Assembly (NCBI GenBank): GCA_973895155.1
Contig: OZ316895.1
Location: forward strand, 10,466,184 to 10,530,183
From: Marsupella aquatica
Taxonomy: Eukaryota; Plantae; Marchantiophyta
DNA length: 64,000 nt
Direction of reading: 5' to 3'
Shown: piece by piece, positions 12,039 to 26,900 of the stretch
How positions within the stretch are numbered: the stretch's first letter is position 1
How the letters are laid out: each line of letters starts with the position of its first letter
Made by a program: the position numbers and the translations under genes
The notes under the pieces: model-generated
The model's database searches: none
The model's input: only the letters and a program-made list of their open reading frames with translations
Told to the model about the DNA's origin: nothing

Positions 12039-13202
12039 AAAGCCGCATTTGACACTTGATGGATCCCTTGATTATGTCAACAGCTTTGTCCTGGGAAGGT
12101 TCTTAAGGGGTGCAAAGGGTACCATAAAAACACAGTCCATTTTATGTTCTTGGCGAGTGTTCTAGGGAAGCTCACTATTAGGTCCTGCCATTAAATGTTG
12201 CCAATTATCTGGTGCTGCCCATCAAAGATATGAGGGTGTATGTTTTCACATTTCTAAATGCTACTAACCGTGCATAGATACACACAAGTGCAAAGTTTGC
12301 TCCATATGAATCATCCTAGCAAGTACAGTCTAGCAGTAACAATCTTCATTGTGGCAAGTGAGGTTCTGAGTTAAAGCTTCATAAATCAACTCGCTTCGGC
12401 ATGAACCCCCATATCCCAGAGAGGTGTTCATCACAAAAATGTGTTGCATATCCATTTGAAATCTACATTCATAGTATATAGAATTTATATCAAATTGACA
12501 AGCATTTTGGATATGACAGTTTATCCTCTTGCCTTTTCATCTCCAAGTTCTTAGACTTTCTGTACTTTTTCTAGAATTTTGCTTTGATCAACCACATACA
12601 ATGCATTGCCGTCAATTGACGGCCCGGCAGATGAGAATGATGATGTATAATCTATATCTATATTGTATCTTGATTCTAATATTGACCTACTGTAGTGAAG
12701 CACTAGATCGAAAAACTGTGGAATTTTCAATGGATTGGGGGAACTATCGTCCATAAATTTTAATTCTATGATGCCATGGAACTTCTCCGCCCCAAGTTTT
12801 CGGAGAAAGCTTCTACCAGCCCCCTACTGACGACAGTTACAGGCTCCAAATCACCTCTTGCATTTCCGCATCACATCTGTGACACCACGTTCAGTTGATG
12901 GGGTATATTACTTATTAGTTACCTAGAGAACTTTGGAAAGCTTTCAAGAAGCCAGATAGAAACAGGATGGAAACATCAGACCTGTGAAACAATGGACAGT
13001 TAGTGTATAGCTAACAGTGGTTTGTGTGTGAGTCATGGGCCGATACGTCCATTCCAAACTTCAGCGCCGTGGCAATCCTTAAATGTCCTGCATTCTTTTT
13101 GCTCCTGACTTTCTACTCTTGGAAGTCAAACACGGTTTCAAAGAAGTTTCTCCATTTTGCACTTGGCCAATGTCAATATCTGCCAGACATCAGGACAATG
13201 CC

Positions 13203-16200
13203 TTAGTATTTATCAAGCATCCCAGATTGTCTAAAAAGCCGGAAGAAAATTAAGATCACCCAAAGAAAAAAAACCTGGGGTGAGATCCGGTCTGAGCTCC
13301 TACCAGATGGATGCTCAAGTTCTGCACAACTGGCTGCAAGATACTCCTCATAAAGTTGTCTATGTCGGGGTTGTATGAAGTCGCCAAATCTGTGAATCAC
13401 AACAAACTTCACTAATAAAGCTCTTCACTATGTGTGCATGGCGGCCTACAAAGTATGTCAGAATTCTTGTACACTAAAACGCTCAAAAGAAATATCAGGG
13501 GAAGCACATATGGCTTGCAAACATCGTGTGGCACTCGAATAGCAATTCCACAATCAAAGTAGTGTCGCAACTAGATAGCCAAATGACCTCTTGAAAAGAA
13601 ACAGTCGTTCAGGAGCAGAGAACAAGTTGGAGATGGCCTTCAGAAGAGATGGCATGCTCATGAGCTGATCCTTCAGTCCTCTCATGTGTTCCAAAAACCG
13701 CTTGTACTCCACGATACTTAAGTGAGCTCTGACCTACCAAACCACCAGAAACCCATCAAAAACTTGAAATGCCTTCCGATGATCAAGCAATTCGGAATAA
13801 CTCGTAGTAGCAACTACTTTAGATTGCGGAGAGAAATTACGAGTGAATGTGACAGAAAGAACGTGAGCAAAGAAGGCCGACGTAAGAAAAAGAAAAAGTG
13901 CATCAGGTCATATAATTTCATCAATGAAACTGCATGTCTAGCCGAAGACAGACTCCTTTCGCGGCAGGCCTGGGTGAAGGAGCGAGCTTTATCCCTTTGT
14001 AAACAAACTTGCACTGGATGGGCACCATCCTCTAGCAAACACATTGCAACAGTTAAGGACGAATTGGCACAAACCTCTAGTAAGAATCGTTTTACATTTT
14101 CCTCCTTTTGATTTCTTGCAGACACCTGTGCCTTCGGCTCCTCACTCTTTACAGAAGTTTTTTGCTCCTGTTGCACTTTTCCAGCACTACAAAGAATCCC
14201 ATCTTTGCCCTCTCTACCGCAGGGCTTAGCCTCTTGTTCTCTACCTTCCCCTTCAACCCTACAAGTACTATAGGAAGAAAGAGTTTGCCGTTTTGATCTA
14301 TTACAGTCGTCTATGGCGTTTGCGTCTCTACAATCATCCTCACATGCTGTGGATGATTGGGCAGTGTTGTTAATAACCTTTTTTTCTGTAGAAATATGTT
14401 TGCTGAGACTCCAAGGCTTGTCTAAAGGTTCTGGAAGTCTTTTCCTTGAGGAACTGCACGACTTCCCATCACATGCCATGGTCATGGAAGATTCCTTGAT
14501 TTCATCACCAACACCACCATTTGCCGATATCGTACTAGCATATTTATAGTTCAAACTTGGCAGTATTTGTGAAACAAGGTCTATCACACTAGTGCTTCGA
14601 CTTGTATCATGTTTAGAGGATTTTTGCCCATCTGGCACTTGAATACCGGATCCTCCATATCTAGATTCTTTAGATTCCTTTACAAATCCTGTTGTGCTGC
14701 CTACAGCACAGTTTGCCTGGATAATGGACATGGAGCTGAGGGACTGGTGGCTCATCTGCGCTCGTCTTGTAGCTAGCAATTCGGACAGAGGTTGGCAAGG
14801 TACTGATGAAGCAGACGGTCCTGTGAACTGTTCCTGTAAGACAGGCAAGACAAGAACATTTTCATTCACAAGAGTTCCTGCGAAAACTGTATTCAGCAAC
14901 TCCACGTGCCATCGGCTTCAATAAAGAAATTAAAAATCTTTCTGAATCACTGACGAGGAGGTCCCATGAGTGGTACGCTAGATCTCCAAGAACAATCTCA
15001 TTTTCAGAGTACTCTCAGAGTCTCGACTAAATTTCATTGTTGAAGCAGAGCAAGTTCTATCTCTTCTAATGAAAACTCTCTAATAATTTGTCCTATTTGA
15101 TTTTCGTTTAGGCAAGCGAGGGTGCGACACCAAACCTCTCTTGCAACCTTTGTCACAGATAAAAAATCAGGCATTCCTCATTCCAACGATTTCCAGTCAC
15201 AGAAAATAGAATTAATACCATTGGGATGCTTCTCTTCAGTCCAAGGATGTCACCGGTGTCTTGCCGTTGAAACCTCTCATTGACTCCAAAAGATTTGACA
15301 TCTGTATTTTCAAGCTCAAAGATTTCAAGGTATTCCAGCTCGGATTTATCAAAGCAAACTTCAGCAGGATTCTCTCAAGAAGGATATGACAACATGAAAA
15401 TCTTAGAAGTTGAAATACGGCAAGGTTACAAAGGGCATGAAGAGGTTGTGAGTTGAACTCTTACGAGAATCAAAGACCCATCATGGATTGCGCATACCTT
15501 TGTGGAATGTGCTCAGTGAACTATTCAGAGTTGCTCCTCCCCTTTTTTCACCATTGTGGAGATGTTGGGGGACTGTTTTAGGTTCTACCCCTGGCATAAG
15601 ATACTCAAATGTGTCAATGGGATACCATGGGACGAATCCCAGAAACGCTTCACAATGTTAGGGTTTAAGAAATTATTAGGAATTCTGACATAGATTATAT
15701 TCTTTGAAGACAGCATACCTCTTAACGTGTTTTGGCAAACCGGAAGGTCATTACCTGCTTTGTCTCGGAAGAATCGCGTGAGAGTGAAGGCGGCATCTCC
15801 AAACTTTGAGTAGCACTGCACAGCAAGGCAATCTAGTGAACTTCCAAGACGCGCGTATACGTCAAGTCGTCCTCTCGACTCTTGAATAGCTAAGATTTTG
15901 AAGACCGACCTTACTTTCACTACCAAGAAACACAGGAAGACTTACCTTGATGTAGGGCCTTAACCATAGAGACATTTGGCTTTGGGAATTGCCATGGGCG
16001 AACCTGCAACAGCGACGAAAGTAGTTCTGAGCAATGTCTCCATAATAATGGTTTTTCAACATTGGGGACGTTGAAATTACAAGACGCAGCCGGAACTTCC
16101 TCCGGAGGGAAATCACGTTGTACCTTACCGAACAGAGGTCAACTGAATTGAGGCAAGCAATTTTAGGAATGTTCAACCTAAGAGAATGCAAAAGCAACCT

Positions 16201-19200
16201 TTCATCACAAAGAATGATTGCTCCGTAGTCATTGCGATGCCGAATGACTCGGCCCACAGCTTGATTAACAGCCCTGGAAGCCTGTTGAACATACCACTCT
16301 TCACCTCTTATTCCCTGCATAAAGTGCACATCTAAGTTAGCGCTGAAAATACAATACCTAGTGAGCATGTCAGATATAATAGTATCAAAAACTTGAGAGA
16401 CCAAAATTGTCCTAAGGGACTCTTCTGGAACGAGGTACGATTTCTGGGATCACTGTTGTGCTCAAAGATGATACTTCAAACAAACTGGAAAGAGAATTCA
16501 AGGATAGTAGAGCAAAACATCCAAGCCTCTCAATAAACACAGGCCTGATGTGATACCTTCTTGCCCAAGGAATTTGACCGGAAGGCTTCATCAAGGTATT
16601 CTCTCTTCAATCGAATCTAGATTAACAAAACGAAATGATCAGCAATCTTGACGATTCTGTTTGCTCTTCTTTTTTGAGCGTCAAATATCTCAGCAAGGAT
16701 AGGAGAAATATCTCTAGTTTGAAAATATTGCACAGATTCTAAGAACATAGTTTAATCCCTATAACGCCTTCAAGCCCAGTCGCCCAATAAGTATAAGTAA
16801 TAAGTAACAAGTAATAAGTAATAAGAAAGAGGTTTAAGATTGCACCTTAGGATCAGTTTTCATGGCATATGGAATCCCTGTTACAACAACCGCTCTCCCA
16901 GCTTTGTCTGCGAAATCGAGGCCCTCGCTGACCTGATAGCACAATTTGTATCACAGCTATTAGGTACCAACATGTACATCAAGAATGGTAACACAATGTA
17001 CCAGGTAACAATGACAACAATCACAGTGTTGCGAAGACTCTTGATAGTTCTTGGAAATCTAGAGAAACTGAGAAAACACAAGGGCATAGGTGCTGAGTCC
17101 ACATTCAGAAGAAGCGGCCCACAAAGTAAATTCTGCTAGCCAGAATGGCATCTTCAGGACGAAATCTGGTTTAACAGTACGTTCAAGCACTGGTATATTG
17201 GAAACCGGATAGTGTGGAAAGCATTTAAAACCACCCAACCTTTCCACGGCAGACAGCAAAAAATACAGCACCCGAGGAAGACATGTCGGATAACTTCTCC
17301 TTGAAACTCTGCGACAAAGATAGAAGAGCATTAGTAAGTCTAGTATCTCATCAGGACATATTGCCCGGTGAAATATAAATCACAATATCCTTGCATCACA
17401 GCAACTGACTTAAATGTCTAAACGTTTATCATAATGAAGACTACTTTACCTTGTCAGAAAGAGAGCAAACAGGAAGCGTGTGGGACACTAAAGTATAACA
17501 CTTTCTAGTGGATTGGACATATAACCTCATTAGCTTGATTGAATAGAGCAGACTCTTTGGGCTCCACCACTGGTTGCTTGAATTTGGATATCCTCTCCCA
17601 GATGGTGGACGAGTTGACTGTTGCTCCAGGTGGCTGGTCCATTCCAAAAAGAGTGGTCAGCGATTGATTTTCAGTCAGACTACTTCGCTCCTTTGCTCCA
17701 ACCAAATCTAATACGGTCCAAAAACAATGATGTCATCACTCTCTATAGTTTGAGAATGATTACAGGACAACTTTGAGGAAACCTGGACGTTTCGAATAAA
17801 TTGTACAAAAAGTACTTCACAATGCCGCCCTAGGGAAACATACGCACCAGCGATTGCCAGGCCTCGATGCAAGAGTTGAGAAGATGGTAAGATGGAAAGA
17901 ACACGAGCAGCCCATCAGGGACTATTCGAGCGAAATTTACTGCACAAACATTGTCATGTAGTTTCAAGTTTCATACCCTCAGCACTTTGGGCAAAAATTG
18001 ATTGGGGTTGAATTGGATGATTAGTAGATCAGAAAGGTAAACCTTAAAAATTGAATCAACGGAAACATGTAAACCAGAGTGCAGTTTCCGAGCAGCACCC
18101 AGTAAAGCAGATTTCAGTCCAACTCTGTTTATGGCAGCCCACCTATGGTATTACCCAGCTCCAGTCTGTATTCCGGAGAGTCTCTTGTCTTATATGATGA
18201 GTTCAACTGGCGCCCAGATGGTCCAGATGGCACCACTCCGACCCAAAGTTGACTGCTGTCTATCACGTGTGGATTTTCAAGCCTAACTTTGAATGGTCTG
18301 CACAAGCCAAGTATGATAGCTACTGTTATTGGCTGATATCTCCAATAGTGAATTACCGATAATATGATACATCTTGAAAAAAAAGCGATAGGTGTCATTG
18401 CAAAATGAACTAATCACTGATTGTCTGCCATAACCTTGCGGCCATCGGCTAGTGGCTAATATCCGGACGAGCAGCAAAAGATGGCTGGAGACTTTCAAAT
18501 GCCCGCGAGGATGCAACAACAAGAGAAGACCAACTTTAAATTGCAACGATGACAAGCGGTTGGAAAACATCGACTTACAACTTTAGCTCGCAGGCAAAAG
18601 AGTCGAGAGGTGCCAATGTGCCCGAGGTCAATATGACAGAGCGGACACCCATTTGGGCGAATTCCTCCATTGCAATTCCAGGATTGAAGCACCACCAGCT
18701 CAGTGTCCGGGAAACCTTTGCTCCAGTACCTGTATTAGAAAAAAGGTTTAGAATAAAACGACCAATCTAAGAGAAAAACCACCCCCAAAAAGACCAACAA
18801 AGCCGCAAAAGCCATCCGAGTTTTAGATTACCTCGGCGAGCACCTTTTTCTCCATCTTTGTTGCGTACCTCATGGATATGCATCTGACATAAACCCAGTT
18901 GTTAGATGTTACGACCATTACCCAGTAGTTTTTGCCCTTAGTTGCCATGTTCTCACAATATCAGAAAATGAAGCCACTAACACACTTTTAGCAATGTTCA
19001 GGAACGTTGACCTAGGATGGTAACCATTTCAAAACAGCCAGTTCATCCTTAACAACGGAATTGCAAATAAATGGCAGCCACTTAGGAATACTATCTGTGC
19101 GAAACTCTGAAAAATTGTCTCTTGCAGTGGAAGCTTCAAAGAGTGTACCTTGTAAAAGGAGGAGTGAGATGTCTCACTTCCCCGAAAAATTAATTTTAAG

Positions 19201-22200
19201 GCATCCCTCAAGGACAGTAGCCTATAATTGGTCCCAGACGATTTTGTAGGCCCTCCTAATCCCGTAGCCGTCTCTGGCAGTTTATTGAACAAAGAGCAGT
19301 CCTTACTCAGTATTTTCAGCTCGGAAAGATATTTGCTAGAAAATTGGGCCACCGACTAGAACGAAAGATACAACTCTTTTGCAAGCAGATTGCTTTTGGA
19401 AAGGCTTGTTATAATCCTTTCACTTAAAGGCAGACTACCCCAACTTTTGGTGACTCACGAATTAAGACCGAAATTCTCTCAACTTACAAATTTCGACCCA
19501 AGGTCCCCACAAGAGTTTCAAATCCTTCTGTTACAGGCAGATGTTTAATTTTTTGAGAGCTTCAGCTCTACCAAACATCAGGGCACATTTTTGAGCTTGG
19601 CTAGTGCACGCACGTTGGAAATACACTCAATCTACACTTACCATCTTCAAGGAGATTGGTAGCCTGTTCAATTGTGTCAATAAGGACTGTTGCAGTTTCC
19701 CAAGTAATCTTCATAGAAGCCAAAAATTCGTATATGAAAGGACCGGGTCGAGAAAAGCCCAACTCAGTGGAATCAATGTGAACTTCATTAATTCTCTTCT
19801 CCAGCTCGTGAAGGAGTGCTACAGACGAATGCAAGAGTTAAAATCGACAGTACAAGCCTGCAGTAGCAACCGACTATGCATTGTCTTTCCCCTCAACCAG
19901 TAAATAGATCACCTAAACTTTACCAAAAGCACTGGAATCACTAGAATCAAGTCCCATCCTTATTCCTAGAGTACTCCACCCAATTTATTTCTTCTCATCA
20001 TCATTGCCTCTCCAAGAGCAGATCGGAACACAAACTTTTTTCGGAAAGAATTAGGAAGGGATGACGGAATATCTCCAAAAAGATAACTAAAGAAGCCGTC
20101 CTGATACAAAAATATCGAGAGACGTCAAATTCTGTATTACCTTTTAAAACAGCAAAATTATCAGGATCCATGGACGTATCGGCAGCATTGTTCATACTGC
20201 GCCGTGAGATAGCAAGTTCCACACATTGCTTTGCTTCTCCAATGCATGCAGTCAAGTGAGATGCCGGCAGATCAAATGATGATGCATCTGCACAGAGCCC
20301 TTCCTACAAACCCAAACGAAAGATAAGATTCACTAGAATGATCGACGAATTTTTCTGTGGCTGTTGTTCCTGACCAAAACGACCATCGCATTCAATGATA
20401 TGTCTATGTCTTTATTTGCAAAGGATTGATATGATGAAAAGTTGATTGACGTGGGTCTCACCTAGTCGACCAAAGGCAGTCATCCCAAGAAACTGAACTC
20501 ACCAGATTATGAGCTTCGTCAAAAATGAGAACGGTTTTCTCCCAGTTGATACCTGTGAGCGAGCGTCGATTTTCTTTGTCAATGAGGTAATTATACGGGA
20601 CGAACAAGATATCTGCTGTGCTATGAAGTTCACGAGACAGATAGTAGGGACACCTGCCACCAATAACTAAGTTAGCAAGAACGGCTCTGAATTGATTTTC
20701 CAAACCGTACAAGTTCATATGCTCTCCACTGTAGATGAGCATAGAGGACTAACCCAAACAAAGAGCCCCTGCCAAGGACTGAATCACACGTAAGAACATG
20801 CAAAACTGCATTCTTCAGATTCCACCATCCGAAAAGACCTCTGCGGTTCCTACTAAATATGTCCGCTCATGCATCCTGTTTGAGGGAGCAATGAGACGGT
20901 CCACAATCATAAGAAAACCATATCACGTACAGGAACAGTTCATACATTTGACAGCAATAAACCCAAAGCATTCAAACTATCTCACGGGAGCCTAGACGGC
21001 TTCTCTCCTCACTACCAGTAACAAGGCGTTCCCGGAGGGACACTCCTTGCCACATGCAGACGTTAATGCACGAACAGAAAACAACATGTTTGTCAACGTG
21101 ATCAAATGGGTTGAATAGACAGATAATAAATATGAGGACATACGGGCCGTGCGTTTTCCCAATGCTAACCAAATCTTCGATGTCAACTGGCTCCTTTCCT
21201 AACTCTGGATGGCTCTTCATATAATCTGCACAATATATATTCAACTCTTTACCGAAAGGTAATAGGTTACAGGTATCGGAAACCCACGGGGCCCTCCATT
21301 AATCACAGGGCCAAGAAAAAAAATCGTATGAAAGCCCAATGATTGGACACGCTTTTAAGTTATCCAGGATTAACCCTTCTTTAGTTGCAGCCCGAAACGA
21401 CTGTCTCCTAACAAATCATGCTAGACTTTCTTGTGAGACAACGAGTATTATCCCTGAATCAATGAATGTCCTTTATATCTGATTTGACTCTACTGATTCC
21501 AAATGTTTTAGGACCTTCATGGCCATGAAATAAAGAATGATCTAATTTTCGTTGCTCCGTCAGGAAACCCCGTCCTGAACTATTCATTTAAATAAGAAAA
21601 CTTCGGACTAATGTTGAAGCTAGTGGTGAACTATGATAATCGTTTGAATGGTCGTAGTTTTCTAGAGTCAGCATGCCATCATATTATTCCTTACCAGCGA
21701 CACGATTATGATGATGACACTTTCGTTCTTTAACCAGAGATCGGCATGCGTGGTTCTGGACCCTTCCACGCATAGATTGCACATCTGGATTAATGCACAT
21801 CTGCTCTCTTGAGCCCAGTACAATCATTTTTGGCCTGCCAAAATTCCAAATTCTGCAGGATTTAGTCCTCTGCCAAAACCGGATCATATCTGTACAGTAT
21901 TTTGACAGAAACAACTTAAAGGATGACCAGGTTTAATTGGAGCATGGTGAGAGTTAGAAAAGTTCACGCGTCAGGCCATGGAGCCACCTGAATGTCTGAA
22001 CCAGTAAGAACAAACTGGCACCCATATGTAACGAAAACAATTCTCCCTGTCAGCCGTTTCTTTTTTAACATAGAAAACGAGAAAGATGATGGTTTCAATA
22101 ATAGGAGAGCTGGGCTTTTCCAATTTCATAGCACCAGAGCGGACAACAGATCAGTAAGGTAAACTCTTTATCTTATTTCAAAATTGGCTGGAAAGAGGAG

Positions 22201-22835
22201 CAAAACCTGTATGATGTTGCCTTTAGCTCACGGATAACTTGTCGGAGTTGACTATGAGTACGAGACGCATATAGTAGTGTGGGTAGCTTTGACTTGGACA
22301 CGTCTGCAGTTGACAACGGGTCATTTTGGCTACTGAGGCTCCTCTCCGCATTCTCTTCTTTTCCAGGTTTGAGACTCTTTCGCCAAGCCAATGCAGCGCA
22401 TAGCAAACACAATGTCTTTCCTGTCCCTGTTGGACTCTCCAGAAGCGCATTGGAACCCTGAACAACATGAGATGTCCGTGGAAATCATTACCCTCTTCCA
22501 TTCATCCACCGAATCAGGGAGGAAGCAGCCACATGCATATTTTTCCGACAATGAAATGGAAAGGTTGACGCTATTATTATTATCTCTTACAGAACCTCTG
22601 GGAGGTGATTCTTGGCTGTTATTTAGTAGTTTTTGAGGTCATCCACAAGAGTACTAATGAGGAATAGGAAGGTTTGATGGCTCCTAACAGCCACATTTCA
22701 CTCTCATTAGGGATGCTAAACATGTGAATATACCTGCTGAAGAGCATGGATAACACGCTCCATGTAGACAATTTGACAGTCATAAGCTTGGTAGGGGAAT
22801 TGGACACTGATTCCTCCAATCTTGTAAGTTGGCAT
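13203..22835 (-). CDS. RTEL1: Regulator of telomere elongation helicase 1 (Rad3/XPD-family Fe-S helicase), multi-exon; 3' end approximate
   Basis: Exon 1 (22835-22734) encodes [33 protein letters not shown]. Later exons give [83 protein letters not shown] and a C-terminal harmonin-N-like segment (13.3-14.1 kb). Confidence 0.93.
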
Positions 22836-23980
22836 CGTGCCGTCACTTTCTCTTCCTCCTTTAGCCTTTGCCTCTTTCCCTGGGATCCTTGTAGGTATGC
22901 ATACTAGTTGTGAACTCTGGAAATTCTAGCACTCCCTCGTACAGACAGCCGTGTGAGGCAGGGAGTGCCGTTCGGTTGTTTAACTAGTCCAGCATTGAGC
23001 CAAGTTATTTCCAGCTACACAGCGTAGAGGTTCCAAATTTTCGCTTGCTCATCCAGTGGCCTGTCAAATCCTTCAACGGACCAAGAAGCTGTGAATTTTA
23101 GAGGACGAAGATACGTCCAGTTGCTGGCAGACTGATGCCCGCAACCGAAACTCATACTTCGCACGAGAAACCATCTGGACGGACCTCGCACCCGGCTACA
23201 TAAACAATCTAGACCTTTGTACTCGGAAGGAACCGCTTCCAAGAGCTCCAACATGGGACAGTGATTGCAACACCATTTTGCCTCAAGAGAGCACCGGCGC
23301 TTGCTTTGGTCTCGGTACACTACCGCTACACTCCATGATAAGATTCACAATGTTCTCAGCAGGTCCATGGCACTGCGCCTTCTCTCAAGATGTTGAGAGA
23401 CAATCATGGAATGGAGTCCGATGAGAGCTGTGAGTTAGGATTTTAGTGAAGAACGCAGTCAGCTCTGCCCTTGATTTCTAAATTCACGAGACGGCGTACT
23501 CATCAGCAGAGTCCAGTACTGGTTAAGATTCGAAGTTATGCTCTCCATTGCATATGAACGCGGAGGATCTGAAGAAAATGTGATGGAACCAGAGAAAAAG
23601 CAACACTAGAATCGGAAACTTTTGAAGCTTGCAGAAGCGAGACCCGTTCCGACTTAGAAATGGCGCGAAATCCACGCTCTGGGGACATATGGAGACGCTT
23701 GCATAGCACTACTGTACCGTTTGCGTAAATAACACGCTTTTCCAAAACGTATCCTAAAACCGATTTGAGACGTTGGCAGGATTAGGATAGTCCTGTTATT
23801 AGAGCATCTCCAGCCTTTTGTTTTGCATTTTGTTTTGGGATTGGATGTTCACTCAATCAGCAAACAAAACACTGAAAAGGCAGATCCAAGGCTGGAACTA
23901 GAAAGTGAATAGAGATTTTTGGGGAATGGGTTTTCATGAAGTGGAATGCTAAGAGCATCTCCGAGGCTAGGGGGGTTCCT

Positions 23981-26900
23981 TGTTGGAAACCTTTCACTGG
24001 TAAGCTAAAATAAGGCTGGACTGGTGACAGCGCACTAGTAGATTAGAAATAGGATTACATTAGATCAGGATTAGATCAGGCCCCCCACATCCCTTGTCCC
24101 TAATGCTTACTTTACAAAAGTTAGTTTAGCTGTTAGATTTAGGTCTGCTAGTTTAGCCATTGATCTTACACCTATTCAGGCTCCTTCAGCCGCTATTTAT
24201 ACTACCCAATGAGGCACCTCAATAACACTAAATTTAGAGAGTTCGTCTAATATGGTAGCAGAGCCATTGCTCTGAAAGCTTAGCCCTGCTTTTGTTCTTA
24301 GTTCATAGAGAAGTAGTCTAGTATTCAGGTAGAAATTCGTTGACCTTGTATAGTTCTACATAAGAACGATTAGTCGTGTAAGTCCCTGATTGAGTGAGAA
24401 GTCCTTGATTGTGTGTAGTGTGTCAACGTTACACTCAGTTACTAGTTATAATGGAACTCCTTAGATTATTCTCATAGCACAACAAGCTTGATGGCTCAAT
24501 CAATCTCAATGGACGCGTATATCAACATTGTCAACGAGCTTGTTGGGCACGTAGCAAGCATCACTGCAGAAGTTGATGAAACTTGACTCATGCATATTGT
24601 ACTCAAAGGCCTTCCACTCACCTGGAATCCCTTTGTGTCAGTGTTTGGTGTTGAGCTATCCCGATCTCCCAAGCCAACCTACACCACTTTGGTTGAGCGC
24701 CTCCAATTAGAGGAATACTGGAAAAAGGGTAAACAAGTTGAGACAACCAAAGAAGTATGGTGGTCACACATCTCTATGGCAAAGGAAGGCCATTGTGACT
24801 AGCCCCACAATGAAGGCAACCATCCACCATGAGGCCATTTTTGCAACCCATGTCCTAATCTTGGGGAACAACAGCACAGACCCAACAATTGCAACTATTG
24901 TCAGAGGCCTGATCACTGGGATGAAACTGATCAGATTGTTGACCTTCAACTTTGGGCTGCAGGTATACACCACTACCAACCTTAGGCTAACATAGCTGAA
25001 ATTCCTCTTGTCCATGATGTAGGTGTTGAAGAGAATGATCACTACGCAGCTGATGAAGGGGACATCATCAAAGCCAACTTCACTGAGATTGACACTACTC
25101 GTAGCACTAGTGAGTGGATTCTAGATTCTAGTGCTAGTGCTCATGTCAATGGCAATAATGCAATGTTTGGCAATATTTCCACCAGTCGTAAATCTGATTT
25201 TGTAACTATTGTAAATGGCAGCAAACTTCTTGTTGTTGGCAAGGGCAGTATTTCCGTTGAGCACAATCAAGAGATCACTAAGGTTTTGTATGTTCCATGG
25301 TTGCAGCACAACCTTCTATCCATTGGCTCTTTTACTGATGCAGGTCATCATGTACTATTTAATTCAAAGTCTTGCTTCGTATTCGACAATGGTACTTTCA
25401 CTGAAGAGATATACATGAATCAACCTGAAGGCTTTGAGATTCCCAAAAAGGAATCTATGGTATATAGGTAAGGAGATCACTATACTGCCTAAAGCAATCT
25501 CCCCGAGCATGGTATGAAGAAATAGACTTGCATCTTTGATCTACTACATGGACCTGCAGCCTGTCCGATACCAACCTTAATTTTAAGCCTGAACAATGTC
25601 ATATTCTTATACTCATGCTTTACGTTGATGACTTACTAGTTATTGGTAGTAGTCCAAATCTAATTTCCTCTATCAAGAGCCATCTACAACAACAATATAA
25701 CATGAAAAACTTAGGACTAGCTCAAAAATACCTAGGTGTTGAATTTCTCCGCACATCTACAGGGATGACCCTTCACCAAACCAATTAAGTACTGCCAGCA
25801 ATTAGTACAAGAGTTTGGAATGATTGATTCCAAGTTGGAGCATATCCCGGGGCATATCCCTCTTCCAGAAGGGCATACCTTAACAAGTGACACCAACACA
25901 CCATTTGTTGACATCATGGACTATTGTCATGCAGTTGGCAAACTCATATTTCTCACTCACACTTTCCCAAAGATTGCCTAAGTATGTAGTTGGAATTGTC
26001 AGTCGATACATGTCACAACCTCAACAACGACATTGGGAATCTGTGAAGCATATACCTAGATACTTAAAGGGTACAATGAATTATGACATTCATTTTCGTC
26101 ATTCTTCTAACTCTACACTACACGGCTTTATGGACACGGATTTCTTGGGGTGTTTTGACACTTGTCGATCACGTGGAGCATATTTTCTTCAGCTTGTCGG
26201 AGGCCCAATCTCCTGGTCCAGCAAACTTCAGTTTACTATCTCCAACAACACTACCAAAGTTGAATATAGAACTTTATCAGAAGCTGCAAAGGAGACATTT
26301 CATCTTTGTAGACTACTTCTAGAACTAAATGTTCACTCCAAAATGTTACAGATTCTGATTAGTCTCACCAATCTGTCGATCTATGCCAATCTGGCACATG
26401 CCTCTGTTCCAACTTCATTTAATGTTCATCTCCAGTGCGATAACCAGGGCTCTATTAGACTTGCAAGAATCCTAATTTTCATGCCCAGACCAAACACATC
26501 AAAGGCAAACACCACTTTATTTGCGATAGTGTGTTAACGAGGGGGGAATTTCACTATCATACATCAACACAATGAAAAATCTTGTTGATCTTCTGACAAA
26601 GCCTCTCTCCAGACCAAAGTTTGAAAAACACCGAAACTTTATTGGAGTTACATCAACTTTGAATTACATTACAGCTCCTAAATCACCAGGCCTACAACCC
26701 TATATTTCCCCTAATCTATACCAAACCAAGAAGTATTATGCTTCATGCCTTGTGCAAAAAGCTTTATTGCAATTTCTAGGGAAGCACGAGACTCATAAGT
26801 ACCCAGGTGATGACCTACGACAATTGCATAAAACCATTGTTTATGCCTCACAGGGATTACTCGAGCTCACCCACGATTCTCTAAGACACTTGTGCTAAGC

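Noticed and set aside
15862-16404. 180-aa ORF reading through RTEL1 introns
   Set aside because: It stops at 15862 in an intron or shifted frame, so retention would truncate the helicase. Treated as a chance open frame.
23799-23965. Two Tourist-like left ends (TTA/TAA + GAGCATCTCC)
   Set aside because: No convincing matching right TIR (GGAGATGCTC) was found, so no element could be delimited.
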